DNA of 63,108 nt, counting the filler, from Octopus bimaculoides (taxonomy: Eukaryota), in NCBI RefSeq assembly GCF_001194135.2. It is 4 parts of 4 records of this genome, joined end to end, with 100 filler letters (N's around TTAATTAATTAA, not from the genome) between each part and the next. Parts side by side here need not be neighbours in the genome. Positions count along the whole stretch, not along the records: positions 22,996 to 42,430 come from NC_068982.1; positions 42,531 to 56,424 come from NC_068983.1; 2 more parts are not named here. One strand, 5' to 3'. The notes under the pieces were generated by a model. It worked only from the letters and a program-made list of their open reading frames with translations. It ran no database searches and was not told the origin of the DNA. Positions within the stretch are counted from its first letter, which is position 1, and every line of letters begins with the position of its first letter. Shown here in pieces: positions 37,150 to 51,300 of this stretch. The position numbers were made by a program, and so were the translations under genes.

Positions 37150-37900
37150 AATTTATTCTTATACAAGGATGTTGTTGAAAGTGACTTGGAAGTTTCGACC
37201 AGCGAAACCATCATCGTACTGCTGTCATTAGAGATAGTCTTGCCTTTAGATAATCTCTGCTGAGTTAAAAGCATCTTTGGATGTGTGGGCTTGAGTGGGA
37301 TGGTGATTAGTTTTTCGAAACAGTTGTAATGGGGAGGTATTTTGATAAAATTTTGTTGATTAAATTTGGTGTTATGTTATCGTGTAGTATTTATTCATGC
37401 AAGTAGAACTTTGTAAACAAACCTGTAGGTGTTTCTCTTTTGTTGGGTAGATACAAGGTGTGACAGTATTCTTGTTGCGTTTGGTATTATTGTATTTAAT
37501 CCTTTTGCTTTGACAATATAAAGGTCGAAAATATAAAGTTCAGTATTTAAGCCCTTAACAATTGGGTGTGTCAACTTTTTCCCAAAATACTGCAGGTAGC
37601 TTGTAAGTTTAGTCTGGTCCTATCTTGTTTTTTCAGTGTACTCCCTGTTTTCATTTGTAAGATAGGTGTTATATTTTAGGTATGTTATGGTTTTGTTAGT
37701 ATAGAAAATTGTTTCTCTTGTGCTTTGATGTTCACAAAAATATTTGAGTAAAGGATGTATGTTTATAATTTTATTAGTATATAGGGATTTTAAACTTCCT
37801 GTTTTGTTGCAGTAGAGTTTGTTTGGTGTTTGTTTATAAGGTTTCTTCAACATCTGTTCAAGTTATATGCTGAAGTGGGTCTGGTATAAAGGGTATTTCT
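37150..37900 (-). mobile_element. Possible highly decayed Penelope-like endonuclease/3' region
   Basis: C/A-skewed minus strand with weak motif remnants (PYKQTPN, LNTELYIFDLYIVKAKGLN); many stops. Confidence 0.35.
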
Positions 37901-38334
37901 TTTATTTCTTTTATTTGCTTCAGTAATTTGAATGCTGCCATGCTGGAGCAAGGCCTTTAGTCGACCAAATCGACCTCAGGGCTTGTATATATTCATATAT
38001 AAAAATATGGGAAGAAAAATATAATTTGAATTTAAAATAAACTACAAAGTTTGTTTACATACAAGTATGCATTTCATTTGTGTTTATGTAGGTTTGCGTA
38101 GTTCTATTAGGGAATCTTCTGTGGGGATTTTAGTTGGCGATACGCACTGCAGTCCGACGATTGCTTAACTGGCCAAAACTTGGAAGTCACTGTCAACATC
38201 ATTCATGTATAAGAATAATATATATATATATATANNNNNNNNNNNNNNNNNNNNNNNNTATATATAGATGTGTGTATGTGTGTGTGCAGGGGCATATTCA
38301 AAACATGATGACTCAAGAACGCATTTGTCCTAGC

Positions 38335-38560
38335 GATTTGATCATGGAACGCCGAAAACACAAATCCTAGTGGACTGGTCATGTCGCAAAACTCGCAGAT
38401 ACCAGACAGGCCCGTGCAGTTGTCGAATGGTACCCAAAAAATCGGAAGAAACCATTTGGGAGACAATTTGAGACAATGAGAAGGGGTCATAGCAAAGTAA
38501 AATCGGGTCCAAATGGAAGAGAAAGAGGCAACCCAAGAAAGAATGGAAACATATTGCAAC
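38335..38560 (+). mobile_element. RTE-1-like LINE 3' fragment (more decayed)
   Basis: RRKHKS*WTGHVAKLADTRQARAVVEWYPKNRKKPFGR matches the W.GHVAR..D.RW...V.EWYP...KRP.GR motif. Confidence 0.72.
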
Positions 38561-41500
38561 CAGTAAGGAATAAGGACGTTTCATAGTCTGGGTGTTAGTT
38601 TTGCTCGCGTATACATATTTCAGATCGCATCTACAATCTGTATTACATGTGCTCGGTTCACTTCGTTAGCTTACTACATATGGAAAACGATATTGACAAG
38701 ATAATGACGATAAAGTTAATTGTCTATATAATCTAAATACATTCTTTGGGTTAGATCACATTTCGACATTTTCATTTGAATCTATTTATACAAAAAGTAA
38801 CAGAAGTAACTACGCCATTGCCTATTTACAGAAGCATTTTTATGTCTGCTCTTTCTATTGACTCACCAGTGGAAAAACTTCAAGTTAATTGCTCAGGGAT
38901 AGATAATTATTTTATGTAACGTTCAAACAATCGTCACAAAATGCAAAACTTTACATTTACCACTAAACGGATTCAATATATCGACCGATACAATCATCGC
39001 TGCAAGCTACTAGACTGACAGTAAAAATTGTTTATTGAAGAAAAAAAAAAAAAAATTAAAGCAAATGAGCTCGAAAATTGACAATTGTCTAATCGATAGG
39101 ATATTTGATATTAGCAGAGAAATTAATTTGCTGGTTAGTGGCGGGTTAGGTTGCTAGCTAGTAACAAGGAAATTGTTAGGTAATCACACAGAAGTGAGCT
39201 TATTTCATGTAATTAATGAAGATTTATTTTTCAGTTATTCAATTAAATAAGACAGTTCATGACGATGACACATTCAAACACTCATGCACTCATATGCACA
39301 TATAGACTCATAAACACTCATATACACATCATGCACACTATAAACTCACACACTCATGCACACTATAAACTCACACACTCATGCACACCACAAGCTCACA
39401 TATACCTTCACTCACAAGCACTCCAATACACATACACTCACATATTCTACACAATCACACTCATACATTCTGAAATTCACTTACACTCATGCACACGTAC
39501 ATTCACGTGTGCACATGCGCGCGCGCACACTAAATCACAAACTTACATATTTCTTCATACACTCTCACATATATGCACCCATTTACTAAACTTTAGTCAT
39601 TTTGCCTTAGCTACTTTTTAAACAATTCTAGAAAGAAAAATAATGAGAATTGTAGTGACAGGATTCGATCTACACACCGCTGACTAACCACCATGACAAA
39701 AACATTGGCTTTCTGGAATATTATCTGTTTATTTATTTATACTTGTTAACATAGGTCTCTTTACGGATGTTAAAGAAGAGTTTAGATAGAGATTTAATTT
39801 GTAGAGAGAACGGTGGTGCGAACCATAAGACCTCACACCTCTCGTTTATTTTTAGTATTTCAGGTAAATTTTAAGTGGAGCTGGTTTACCAAGGTTAGCC
39901 GTATCAAATGCTTTCTGGGGGATATCACGTTCATTGATATTTCATTTGTTTCTCACTTCACTGCAGTTTGTAGTTCGCTGTTATTCTCCTACCTCATGCC
40001 ACCCACCCCCACTCAATTATATTTGACTCAACCGCCATGATATACAATTCTTGCCTCTAAACTTTGATATGGCTCGTTCTTATTTCTTACCTATCTTCAG
40101 TCTGAGATGATTAATGTGGTTCTTTTTAACTGATCTACTTCTTCATATCTCCCATTGCTTAGCATTATAGCCATTGTCTATACATCTTGTACCGATAGAG
40201 AGCAACTTATATTATCTGACATAGTTTAGCAGCCTTACCTTCTCTTTCCTCTTCCATTCGGCTTGGTCTTTCTTTGTCTCTTTCTCTCTCCTCCATTTTC
40301 TTGATCTCTCAATCCTTTCCTTTACCTGCTCTCCTAACTATAACTCCCTTCAACTAACAAACACTCATTTTTCTTCAAGCTTTACTTATGTCAACCTCAC
40401 CTCTCCCTACAACCTCTCCACTTCGTCTCTTTCTCAATCTAATTTTTCGACCTAATGTATATTTATAAAAACTATCATCTTTCACAGTTTCACCCTTCAT
40501 CTTCTGAAGTGAATGCCGTGACTCTCTTGCACGGAACTTTCAAAAGCCGTTGTTGTTGATACTTTACTTTGAATTTATGTATATCTACAATATTGCCTCA
40601 GTATTGCACCTGCTTGCATATTATGTTATAGCAACCAGCTATTGACCATTGGAAACAGCTGTAAAGATATGCCTTGATTACATCATATACATTGTATACA
40701 CAACTTTTTTCTATATACATTAACTATGCATGCTTTTTTCTTGTCTGTTTTCCTATTTTAATCACTCCATTTCGGCTATTTTTTTACCCGACTTTCTTGC
40801 CTCCAGATTACCTGATGAAAATGTTGGAATTTAATTTTCTGATCTCTCTCAGAACTAATTAGTGCTATCTATGCCACACTTAAACTAGCATTTTGCCACC
40901 CTATACATACATACCAGTAAACTACCGCGCGCGCACACACGCATCACTGATACTTTCAGATTTAATCTAATGCAGTAGCCTATGTGATTTCTTGAACCTC
41001 CAGAAATAGCAGATAAATCTCCCTTAAATCAAACCCTACCAATTAAAAAATAAAGAGCTCATTGCATAATATAGTTCTAGAAATAACTATTTCTGAAATG
41101 AAAAGAAAATAACTGGATAATTTATTTAGAATGTAGCGTCTGTGGTAGGCTGGATCAGGGCTGACTAGATAAAACAACATCCGTTGTTACATAAATTCAC
41201 AAGGATTTAATAAGTTATTTTTCTAACTTCTTTAGTGCTCATTTTAAATGCAAGAGTTGAAAAATATTGTCTCTGCTTAATGATAAATTATTGCTGCACG
41301 GGATGACTTTGAAATAATTCTATAAATAAAACCATGCTATTCTTTTATTGATTCTTGTGATGGTTCCTGCATCAGTGAAAATTTTGTGTAACAATTTCTC
41401 TACTATTGTTGTTCTGCTCAGCACAACTTTTGATAAGTATATTTCTCAGAAGCGTTCCTGTTGAATAGGCTTTCTGGAAATTCTGTCTGTGACATCTAAC

Positions 41501-41929
41501 AGGCCAGGATATTTGATGTTCCATAAGAATGTAACTCTGTCCAAAGATGGTGGGAGACTTATCCCAAGTTCTTGCAACCGAGTGGACTCCGCTAAAGTTA
41601 CACAAAGTGCAAAGTTCGTTAAACAAAGCAGTAGCTTAAATTTGCCACTCAAGTAGGGAAATGCGAGATTGGAACACAGAATGCAAAGAGCGGAAGAAAT
41701 ATCGCAATAAATATATAAATATATACTAAAAATAAAGATACATATATACTGAAAATAAAATAAATATATATAAGAAAAAGAAATGCAGCTCATATCGAGT
41801 AGAGACCAGCAATGACTGTGCAGAGTTTTAGGTTCAATAAGACTTGCACGACATCTCATAGACCCTCTCCATTTTATTGACATTATCCAGAGACAAACCA
41901 GAGCAAGTTTTCTGGTTCCAATATAAGTT

Positions 41930-42345
41930 TCAGACTCAGGGATGTGGGAGCGCCATGATCTCTAGCACAAACCAAAGATCCCCAAAATGTCCAATGCCAT
42001 TCTCTGCGTATCTGGTTTTGTATCAGAGTGCCCTCCTCCTAGAGACATGCTTCAACAGAAGCTGAGGGGTGTCTCACTCCCAGTGGTCTTTCATCACGCT
42101 GGACATCATCCCGGAATTTCTGCGTAACCGTGCTATTGCTAGATAGCCGTTGAGCCTGCACTAGGTTCATCGGACCTTTCAACAGGTCTTGTTTTTAATC
42201 CTGCTGGGTTTCTGGCAATCCTCCTCACCAGGGTAGCCTGGTGGGGGTGCCGGTTTAGTCGCCGACAACCCGATCATGCAACAGGTTGTACTGGATTTCA
42301 TGTTACCAGTAGCACTTATGAGAACCTCATAAGTGACCTGACATG
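41930..42345 (-). mobile_element. Probable 5' UTR region of an RTE-type LINE
   Basis: GC-richer segment containing CTAGGAGGAGGGCACTCTGATACAAAACC and GGTTGTCGGCGACTAAACCGGCACCCCCACC, resembling RTE 5' regions as I recall them; terminal hairpin CACTTATGAG-aac-CTCATAAGTG. Confidence 0.5.
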
Positions 42346-42430
42346 TATGTACATATATACATACATTCATACATATGGTGGGTTTCTTTCAGTTTCCTGC
42401 TACCAAATCTACTCACAGGACTTTGATCGG

Positions 42431-42530
42431 NNNNNNNNNNNNNNNNNNNNNNNNNNNNNNNNNNNNNNNNNNNNTTAATTAATTAANNNNNNNNNNNNNN
42501 NNNNNNNNNNNNNNNNNNNNNNNNNNNNNN
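42431..42530. other. Artificial scaffolding spacer (44N-TTAATTAATTAA-44N)
   Basis: Same construct as 22896-22995. Confidence 0.95.
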
Positions 42531-42532
42531 TG

Positions 42533-42573
<41 letters not shown>

Positions 42574-42800
42574 GTCGCAAGGTTCACAGACAAATAGGTG
42601 GACCCGTGAAGTTACCGAGTTGTATCCAAGAGATTGGAAAAGGCCACTTGGAAGGTATCCACGACGATGGGAAGACGATTTGGTTAAGCAATTTGGGTCA
42701 AGATGGAAAAAGATGGCGCAATCATGACAAAATTGAAATCGGATTATGACCAGCGGTGTATAACAGCACCTGCTGGCCTGGTCGATACTCTGTGATACAA
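42574..42800 (+). mobile_element. RTE-1-like LINE 3' fragment
   Basis: VARFTD/RWTREVTELYPRDWKRPLGRYPRRWEDDLVKQFGSRWKRW (one frameshift), the typical RTE C-terminal motif. Confidence 0.85.
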
Positions 42801-42823
42801 TATGATATATATTTATATGTATG

Positions 42824-42857
<34 letters not shown>

Positions 42858-43877
42858 TGTATGTATGTATGTGTATAAATACACGCATAATTGAATGGGA
42901 GTTTTGAAAGGGAGTTGTTTTTTTCCGGTACCCTGAATGCTGATTTGATGCAAGTCAACAATCTGAAATGAAGGCAGACATTCTTTTATGGCTGATTCGA
43001 TGTCTACTGGAGCACACTACCACCACAACAGTTTGAAACTAATCACAATGAGACACGCAGGCATATACGACGCAAGCAGACGCAGACACATACAACTACA
43101 TACACGCATATCCCACTTCCCATACAAAACTTATATGCATTTATATACACATTCACCCATTTGCCCTTCAAAATACAAAGGTGTTTGAAGGGAACGAAGG
43201 GCACAGATATATATATGTTAAAAAGAGATCTTTTGTTCTAGTAGCTACTTTCATAATTTACAATGAACAAACCGTTTCCGGCGGAAGTGGCGACAGATTT
43301 TATATCCATACACTTTAACTCCGTCTACAGTAAATCTCGTTTCTAATAATTTCTATTACAAATGGTCGTTGCCTCATAATAAACATGTTTAAGAATATAA
43401 CGTACCGTAGCAGCTTTTGCCGAGCATGTTATATTATTGATACTGGTTTCAAATTTTGGCCCAATGCCAGCAATTTTGGGGGAAGGCTAAGCCGATTTCA
43501 TCGACCCTAGTGCTCGGCTGGTCCATATTTTAACGACCCAAAAGGAAGAAAAGCAAAGTCGAACTCATCAGAATTTGAACTCAGAACGTAAGATGGATGA
43601 ATTCTAGGTGGTCATGGGTAGTACATGTTTGATCCTTGCTCTGCTCGATTAGGGTTACAACAACCACTGATAGCAATGACAGAAATTTTGTTTTTGTCGA
43701 GTGAGTGGTATAATCAGAATTGTAGAAAAGTTGTCTTAACAAGCAAGATAAGCTGTGTTTGAATACAATCTGGCAACGTCTTCTTTCTTAACAGGACTGG
43801 CATAAAATACAGATAATGATATGTTATGGAAAGGCAGAGCTGATCGTTACTCTGAGCGAGGGGTGGGTGGCAATCGA

Positions 43878-43918
<41 letters not shown>

Positions 43919-44836
43919 TAGTCCCTTATCATTACAGTGTAACGCAAATGATGTCGTTATCTTAGTGAATAGAAATCATGTGAAGTGAGTAAAATGTCAA
44001 CTAAACAATCAATTAACTAATCAATGAAATAAGTAAATGGATCAATAGTATTATGATTCATTAAAACAGACGACAGTGAAAAATAAAAATAAAGCAAAAA
44101 AAAAAAACCCCAGAACAAACAGACATATATCTGACAAATTGATCGGAAATTAAAAAAACAACAACAAAATGAATATGTATGATATGAAAGGAATAAAACA
44201 AAAAGAAAAAGGAAAACGAAAATGTATATGGATTGAAAGAAAACTTTTGTAAATTAAGTATTTTATTGTCGTTTAGTAAAAATATTTTGTCCATAATTAA
44301 TTGCTACTTAAATAGATGGCAAGCTACACGAAATTTGCAGATAACCTTATACATAGAAATAAACATGGTGGATTTATTTTTTGTATTTATTTTTGTTGTT
44401 ATTGATGTACTTATTTATTACGATGTGAAATTACATCGAACAGTTCTGTAGATAACGGAGCAAGATGACAGAAGAAGCTAATTGGTTTGCTAATGGGAAA
44501 CTATGATTCGATAAATAGATAAATGACGAGATAGATATATAAAGCAATAAACGATCATGTAACCAAACATCTCCGTATTTAAAAAGCCGTGAAACTTGAT
44601 TACAGCTGTTATTTAAATGAATCGTTTTGACAAAATGCGTTGGACTATTTTCATTCTTTCTTTTTTTTTTTTGTTTCTTGGAAAATAATAAAATGTATGA
44701 GAAGCAATGGTTGGCAGCATGGTCGTATGGACGGTTCGCATTCTACTGACACTGTCCCGTGTACATGGCCCAACGGACACAGGACATTGGAACGATACAG
44801 ATAAACCCAGCTGTAATTTAGTGCCATGAAGTAGTA

Positions 44837-45230
44837 ATTGTTGTTGCTTGTTGGCACTCCGTCGCTTACGACGTCGAGGGTTCCAGTTGATCCAATCAAC
44901 GGAACAACCTGCTCGTGAAATTAACGTGCAAGTGGCTGAGCACTCCAGAGACACGTGTGCCCTTAACGTAGTTCTCGGGGATATTCAACGTGACACAGTG
45001 TGACAAGGCTGACCCTTTGAATTACAGGCACAACAGAAACAGGAAGTAAGTGTGAGAGAAAGTTGTGGTGAAAGAGCACAGCAGGGTTCGCCACCATCCC
45101 CTGCCGGAGCTCGTGAAGCTTTAGGTGTTTTCGCTCAATAAACACTCACAACGGCCGGTCTGGGAATCGAAACCGCGATCCTATGACCGCGAGTCCGCTG
45201 CCCTAACCACTGGGCCATTGCGCCTCCACT
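44837..45230 (-). mobile_element. Intact tRNA-derived SINE (394 bp) with (AAC)n tail
   Basis: Head GGAGGCGCAATGGCCCAGTGGTTAGG (A box) and GGTTTCGATTCCC (B box); 13-bp TSD CCATGAAGTAGTA at 44824-44836 and 45231-45243. Older partial relatives near 715-770 and 5935-6060. Confidence 0.9.
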
Positions 45231-45653
45231 CCATGAAGTAGTATACTTTTGAAATTGTAAGTAGTCGGAGGGGGAGGGTTACACTATAGTTGATGGAAGT
45301 TGACAATATTGAAGTAACTCTAAGATGGTGAACTGGCAAAATAGTTAGCGCGTCGGACAAAATGCTTAGCGACATTTCTTCTAGTTTTATGCTCTTAGTT
45401 CAAATACTGCCGAGGTCGACATTGTTTTTTATATTTTCGGATTCGATTAAATAAGTACCAGTTTGAGCACTGAGGTCGATGTAATCGCTTTGCTTCGTCC
45501 CTCTCTAAGCTTTCAGGCCTTGTGCTTATAATAGAAAGTAAAAAAAAAAATATTGTGGTAATCCTTAGCACTGTAAATACGTCTCTTCGTATCACCCAAT
45601 ATCGTATAATATGCATGCGTAATGTGTGTGTGTGTGTGTGCATGTGTTTGAAG

Positions 45654-45702
<49 letters not shown>

Positions 45703-47481
45703 AAATGCCTGCATATGATTCCTTCCCTAACAAGTAAAGTCGATGATCAGAGGCCTGGTAAGACAGACTTATGACTAAAGATTGATGCAAAATATACTGG
45801 TGTTCTTATTGTTACGCGCGAATAAATATTTTTGGGTTAAAATCGATCGGTTTAGCGTTGGTAGGGAAGGAAAATTCTGAAAACAATTTTAAAGCGAATT
45901 GCAATTCATCGGAACAAGCAGGGGAAAGGATATGTTATACGAAGAGGATTTTAAGTGAGGAATGCTACGTTTAACTTTGTAGTTGCTGAAAAGAAATAAG
46001 GTACGGCGCAAATTGCTGTTTTTTAAAACTCCTTTTGAAAATATGGGAGCTGATTTAATATAATGTTATGGGTAAAAAGACAGAGAAAAATCTTAGTCGT
46101 CAAAAAACGCCAACAAAAACGAACCCCCCCCCCATAAAACGAAATATCGCTATTAGATTATGTAAGCCCGAAATTATTGGTGACGAATAAGCAGAACTGT
46201 TTGGGTGTTGAATAAAATGCCTCGTGGCATTTTTTTTCTGTCTCTCTGCGTCCTGTGTTCAAATCCTGCTAAGGCCAGCTTTGTCTTTCATTCTTGCCGG
46301 GTCGATAAAAATGTACCAATACAGGGGACGGTAGATTGGCAAAACTGTTGAGGGGTGGGACGAAATTCCTTGTGCGATCTGTCTTAGCTTTTTATCTTCT
46401 GACAGCAAAGCCTGCGACAACACTGATGCCAAACTGCATTGATCCAACTCGAAAACCTTTCCCTTGGATGACATCGGTTACGTGAAGAAGGGAGACTTGC
46501 TAATACGCGAAACTGTTAATCTCTAAAAAATCTTGCTCAAGTCTGCACATACATGTGCAGATGAATGGTCAGTCATGGCCGACGAAGCACCCTCTTCGCT
46601 TGAAGCACGAATTAGAAACAGATTACACTATAATACGACTTCAATTCCAGTTCCCGAATTAGATCCTATAATCTTTGTTATCTTAACTCTGCGAGAAATA
46701 ACTCCATGAATCATACTTTGAATTAACTGCCATGTTAGGCATTAGAGGATTTACCTATTCGGCTGGCGCTAAGTGACTGACAAATTACCATGTGGAGATA
46801 AAACGGCACAGTTAAAATAACAGAAATAAATTATAGTATGTAATTTGAGAAGCTGAAATAGCAGGCATTCTCAGTGGCGTAGCCATTCAGCAAGCAATAG
46901 CTTGGTGTTCATAATGTCTAATAGTAGATAACGAATAACAAATAAATCATTGTTATCAACAACGAAATAAACTAAAGCAGCAAGAACAGTATTAAAAGCT
47001 TAATTGTAAAGTAGGCGCTAGCACATTAAATATAGTAAGCGAAGATATTTTAATTAAAATTATACTCTAGTAATGAGAACAATAATTTTCAAAATGACTA
47101 ATTCTGATAAAAAAAAAAATGACATGGGAGACAACCCCGAAATTATAGTCTATTGAATTTATAATTAAGGATGAAATGCTGTGTGGAGTGTGTCAGATCT
47201 CCGAAAGTACAGCGACAACTTTTGGTATATTTCGGTTTTATGCGACTCCGACTGTTACTGAAGATCTTAAAATGACTAACAAAGAATGTAGAATTTAATG
47301 AATGATTTTAAGTAGCGCTATAAATTAAAAGATTGTCTGAAAGTCAGTTGTGTTATGCAGGAATTAAATACTTTGCGATATTCCTTTCGAGTTCAAATCT
47401 TACCGAAGTCATCTTGCCTTTCATCCTTCAGGACGGAAACTGAAAGAAGCCCGTCGTGTTTATATGCATATACTTATGTGT

Positions 47482-47526
<45 letters not shown>

Positions 47527-48259
47527 TTTGCGTTTGTGTTTGTCTCCCCCACCATCTCTTGATGTGTTTACGTCCCTTTAACTTAGCGGTTCAGTAAAAG
47601 AAATCGATAAAATAAGTACTAGGCTTACAAAGAATAAGTCCGGGGTTGATTTCTTCGACTAAAACTCTTTAAGGCAGTGCTCCAGCATGGCCGCAGTCAA
47701 ATGACTGAAACAAGTAAAAGAATAAAAGAATAACAATATATAGTATAGGGATGCTGATTATGAGCATCAGCAATATGGCTAACAGAAAGTGTCTCAAGGG
47801 AGCGTTTTGTATACTGAATACATATACTACTCTTATATATGTAATATTGTTAGTTGAAAATGTAAGTTACATTTGCGATACCTCCGTCTCCAGCAACACC
47901 AACGCTTCCACCACCATTACCCCTAGCATTAGCTGAGAAGACTAGTCGTCTGTTCAATGATCCTTGGCTATCAATTGGATCCGGTCGGACTGCGTAAATA
48001 TCATCAACAGCCTTACTTCCATTATAATCGTTATCAGTGCTACAGTCTTCATCGCCAGTACCACTTCTGTCTTCATCAGGATTTCCCTTTATAGTAAGAC
48101 TTTCATTCACTAACCACACACAGGCATACTGGCGTTGGGTCGATCTATGGACGTTCTCATTTAGTTATACACGAACACACACACGTGCGCGTGATCGTGT
48201 ATATCAATCTATCAGTTCGTCTGTCTGCATGAATCGAATGTGTGTGCTTGCTTGCTTGC

Positions 48260-48291
<32 letters not shown>

Positions 48292-48344
48292 GCTTGCTTG
48301 CTTGCGCGAGTGTGTGTGTGTGTGTGTATGCGCGTGTGCGTGTG

Positions 48345-48378
<34 letters not shown>

Positions 48379-51300
48379 TGTATGTATATGCCCATGTATG
48401 TATGTATCTCCTTTTGTTCCTTACTAAGAAATAAAACTCCATCACTGGAATTTAGTCATCGACAACTGTAACATGCTATGCCATAGCAAAGTCTTGCATA
48501 TTTTCACTGTTCCGCTTACAATCTGAATTTGCTGACTGCGTATTAGAAAGTCCTTTTCTTTAAAAGGAAATGCACCTACTCAAAATTATTGATTAAATAT
48601 TTATTTACGCAACCAAATGAGCTAATGGTTAATGGTGAAAATGTGTATTTATAATTTAGGCAGAAAAGTTGTAGATCGGGAAGAATCATTTGTTCGTGTT
48701 CTCTTGCTGATTTCAAATGAATTATTCGCAACTTCCGGTCATCCAACCGCCATAACAGTACTTGATTTTTGTTTTCTAGGTTAGACAGTTATAACAGGTC
48801 CATTGTATTTGCAAAGCATAGGAATGTTCTACCACTATTTCATCAATAATCCCATCAATAATTGAATATATTCAACGTCAGTAATATTTATTATATTTAT
48901 TTGAGGGCAATCCTCTGGACGGCATTCTATATCAATTTTGGCGAGAACATCTGTAGCCTTGACTGATTTGTAATGAGCTTCATGAAATCCACTCATATTT
49001 CAGACATTGAAATGACAATTTACGAGGTAGACATGTTTTCTTCAGACATCGAGTTATGTCGTCGAAGCTACTGTAGCTGTGTGGGAAGTGATGTAATTTT
49101 GGGTGCATTTTGTCCAAGAAATTTTTGAATCACTTTTAATCGAAAAAAAGGCCTTCCCGAGTCTTTCATGACAGGGGGAAAACCAAATGAAGTGATTGAA
49201 CTACGCATGAGTTTCATGATAATGATGCCGTTGTATGTGTAGCTTCCCCTCCCTACTGAAATATTAGCATTTATTTTAACTGGTCATATGCTCGTTTTCA
49301 ACTGTAGCCTGTCTTGCTCTTTTCGTAAAATTTCGCGCAACCTTTCACCTTTAAATTTAGTCTAAAGACTGACACAAGTAAAAGAATAAAAGAATATATT
49401 TGTGTAAATATGTGTTTAAGTCTACACTTAAGAGATATACTTAACCCGACACCAGATTTAACACCACCACTTTCCACCAACCGGTCTTCAAGGCCCCGTA
49501 GGGTAACAGTCTTGGAGGGCTGGCGGTAGCCAAAATGTCATGATTGGATGCAAATAAAGTACATCGCTCTTTCGCAGGAAATGACGTCAATATTTTGCCA
49601 GTAATTTTGCCTACTTTGCCTACTTATACCAAATAGGTGAACGGGGTCAATAATACTTCACCAGAAATTCCAAATACAGAAATGGATTTGACATGTGAAA
49701 CACAAAAGCATTCTGTCATCCTCAATAGGTCGCTAATTCGACAATGAAGACTTTGTATGGCGTGACGAAAGGTTGACGAGTCTGACGGGGTCTATGTACT
49801 TACAATCAAAAGTATAGGCACAGCAGGAAATCGAATTCGTACTGTCGTATTAGCTTACTGTCAGCTCTTCATCGTATTACCGCATTGTGCATGGTTTACA
49901 TACACCTGTGTCAATTACAGCCTGCACTGTGGAGGTGTTACTTTCAGGAGCTGCTCACGAGAAATCACAACGATTTTGGCACATCCCGACAATATCGTTC
50001 TTACCTGTGGTGCCAAGCAGCATTGATGCTACAATGAATACCTAGTATCATCCTGTATTCCATGCAGCTGCTTAAACATCCTAGGCAACCACAACTACCC
50101 AGAGACTGAGTTACTGTATGCCAAAGATTTATTATTCACTCTCATATTTGTCTTTTCACATACGCATGCGGACACACACGTGTACGCTCACACACATTTC
50201 CTATACATACATACATATATACATACATACATACATACGTACATACATACATATATACATACATACGCGCACGCCACTTGCGCAGATATTTTTGGTGTAC
50301 GCTTCAAGTGTTTTAGTTACGTGTATCGATTCCTGTACTTTGTTACATATTTTATTGATCTCTGAGGAGAAATGTCTTTAAAAACATAAACCTTCCTCAA
50401 ACAAAAAACAAAAATTAGTTTTTTTTTCTTTTCGTTTATTTTCTCCTTTCTATTATTAATTGATACAAGATAGTATCCAATCAACGTGAAAAATTAGATA
50501 TCTTAATTCCAGACAGACGACCAGAAAAAAAAAAAAGATAAAAGCCAGTAGGTATCAACAATAAATGCCAGTAGCTTTCTCCTTGCTAGCGTATGCGGAA
50601 AGCGGCGAGCTGGCAGGATCGTTTGCACGCCGGACAAAAAATTGTTCGTGACATTACTTCCAGCTTTACGGTTTGAGTTCAAATTCTGCCAGGGTCTATA
50701 AAATAAGTATCAGTTGAGCATCGAGGTCGATATAATCAACTAGTCCCCTCCCTTGTAGCTATAATAGAAAGTATGCTAAGCACGCATTTAACAAATCTAT
50801 AGCTAATTAAAATTCGAATGTACAAACATTGAACCAGCAAATTTTCTTTTAGTATCAACATTGTATAAGTATATAAAAACGTAAGACGATAAATACTTAC
50901 ATTAAACATACTGCATCAAATCGTTGAACTTACCGATTGTTATATAAATGTTTAATTTAACTTGTTCATTTGGATATTGACTAGTAAGCGTACATATTTC
51001 TCGTGCTTTAAAAAATAAGTATTTTATCTTAGATTATCATACAAGATATCACGTAAGAAGTTATGAGATTTAGAGAATTTAATTTTCAAACTAATATAAA
51101 ACGTTAGATTAGGTAATATGAAAGTTATTTCATTGCTAATTTTGTTGATAAGTTTAAACTCTTAGTAATTTTGTTTCCAGCTTTTTGTGTCTGTTTACCT
51201 TAAATGGTATGATACTGGTTTTCCCTTTTGCATTTGTATCTGTGTAACATTTCTCTGCTTTTTTTTCCGTCTTTGTTTTCTTATACATTCGCTGCTTTCT

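Noticed and set aside
41372-41883. Overlapping minus-strand ORFs and a + frame in unique-looking DNA
   Set aside because: No recognisable motif, and the longer ORF runs through a low-complexity TA tract.
44837-45230. A/B-box sequences as tRNA genes (also family A and B heads)
   Set aside because: No complete cloverleaf; each continues into a SINE body and tail.
49080-49087. CSL/Su(H) sites (TGTGGGAA here, TGTGAGAA at 55350, AGTGGGAA at 8235)
   Set aside because: Isolated, unpaired and at chance frequency.
49582-49589. Perfect CRE palindrome TGACGTCA
   Set aside because: About one 8-mer match is expected by chance in 63 kb; no supporting context.
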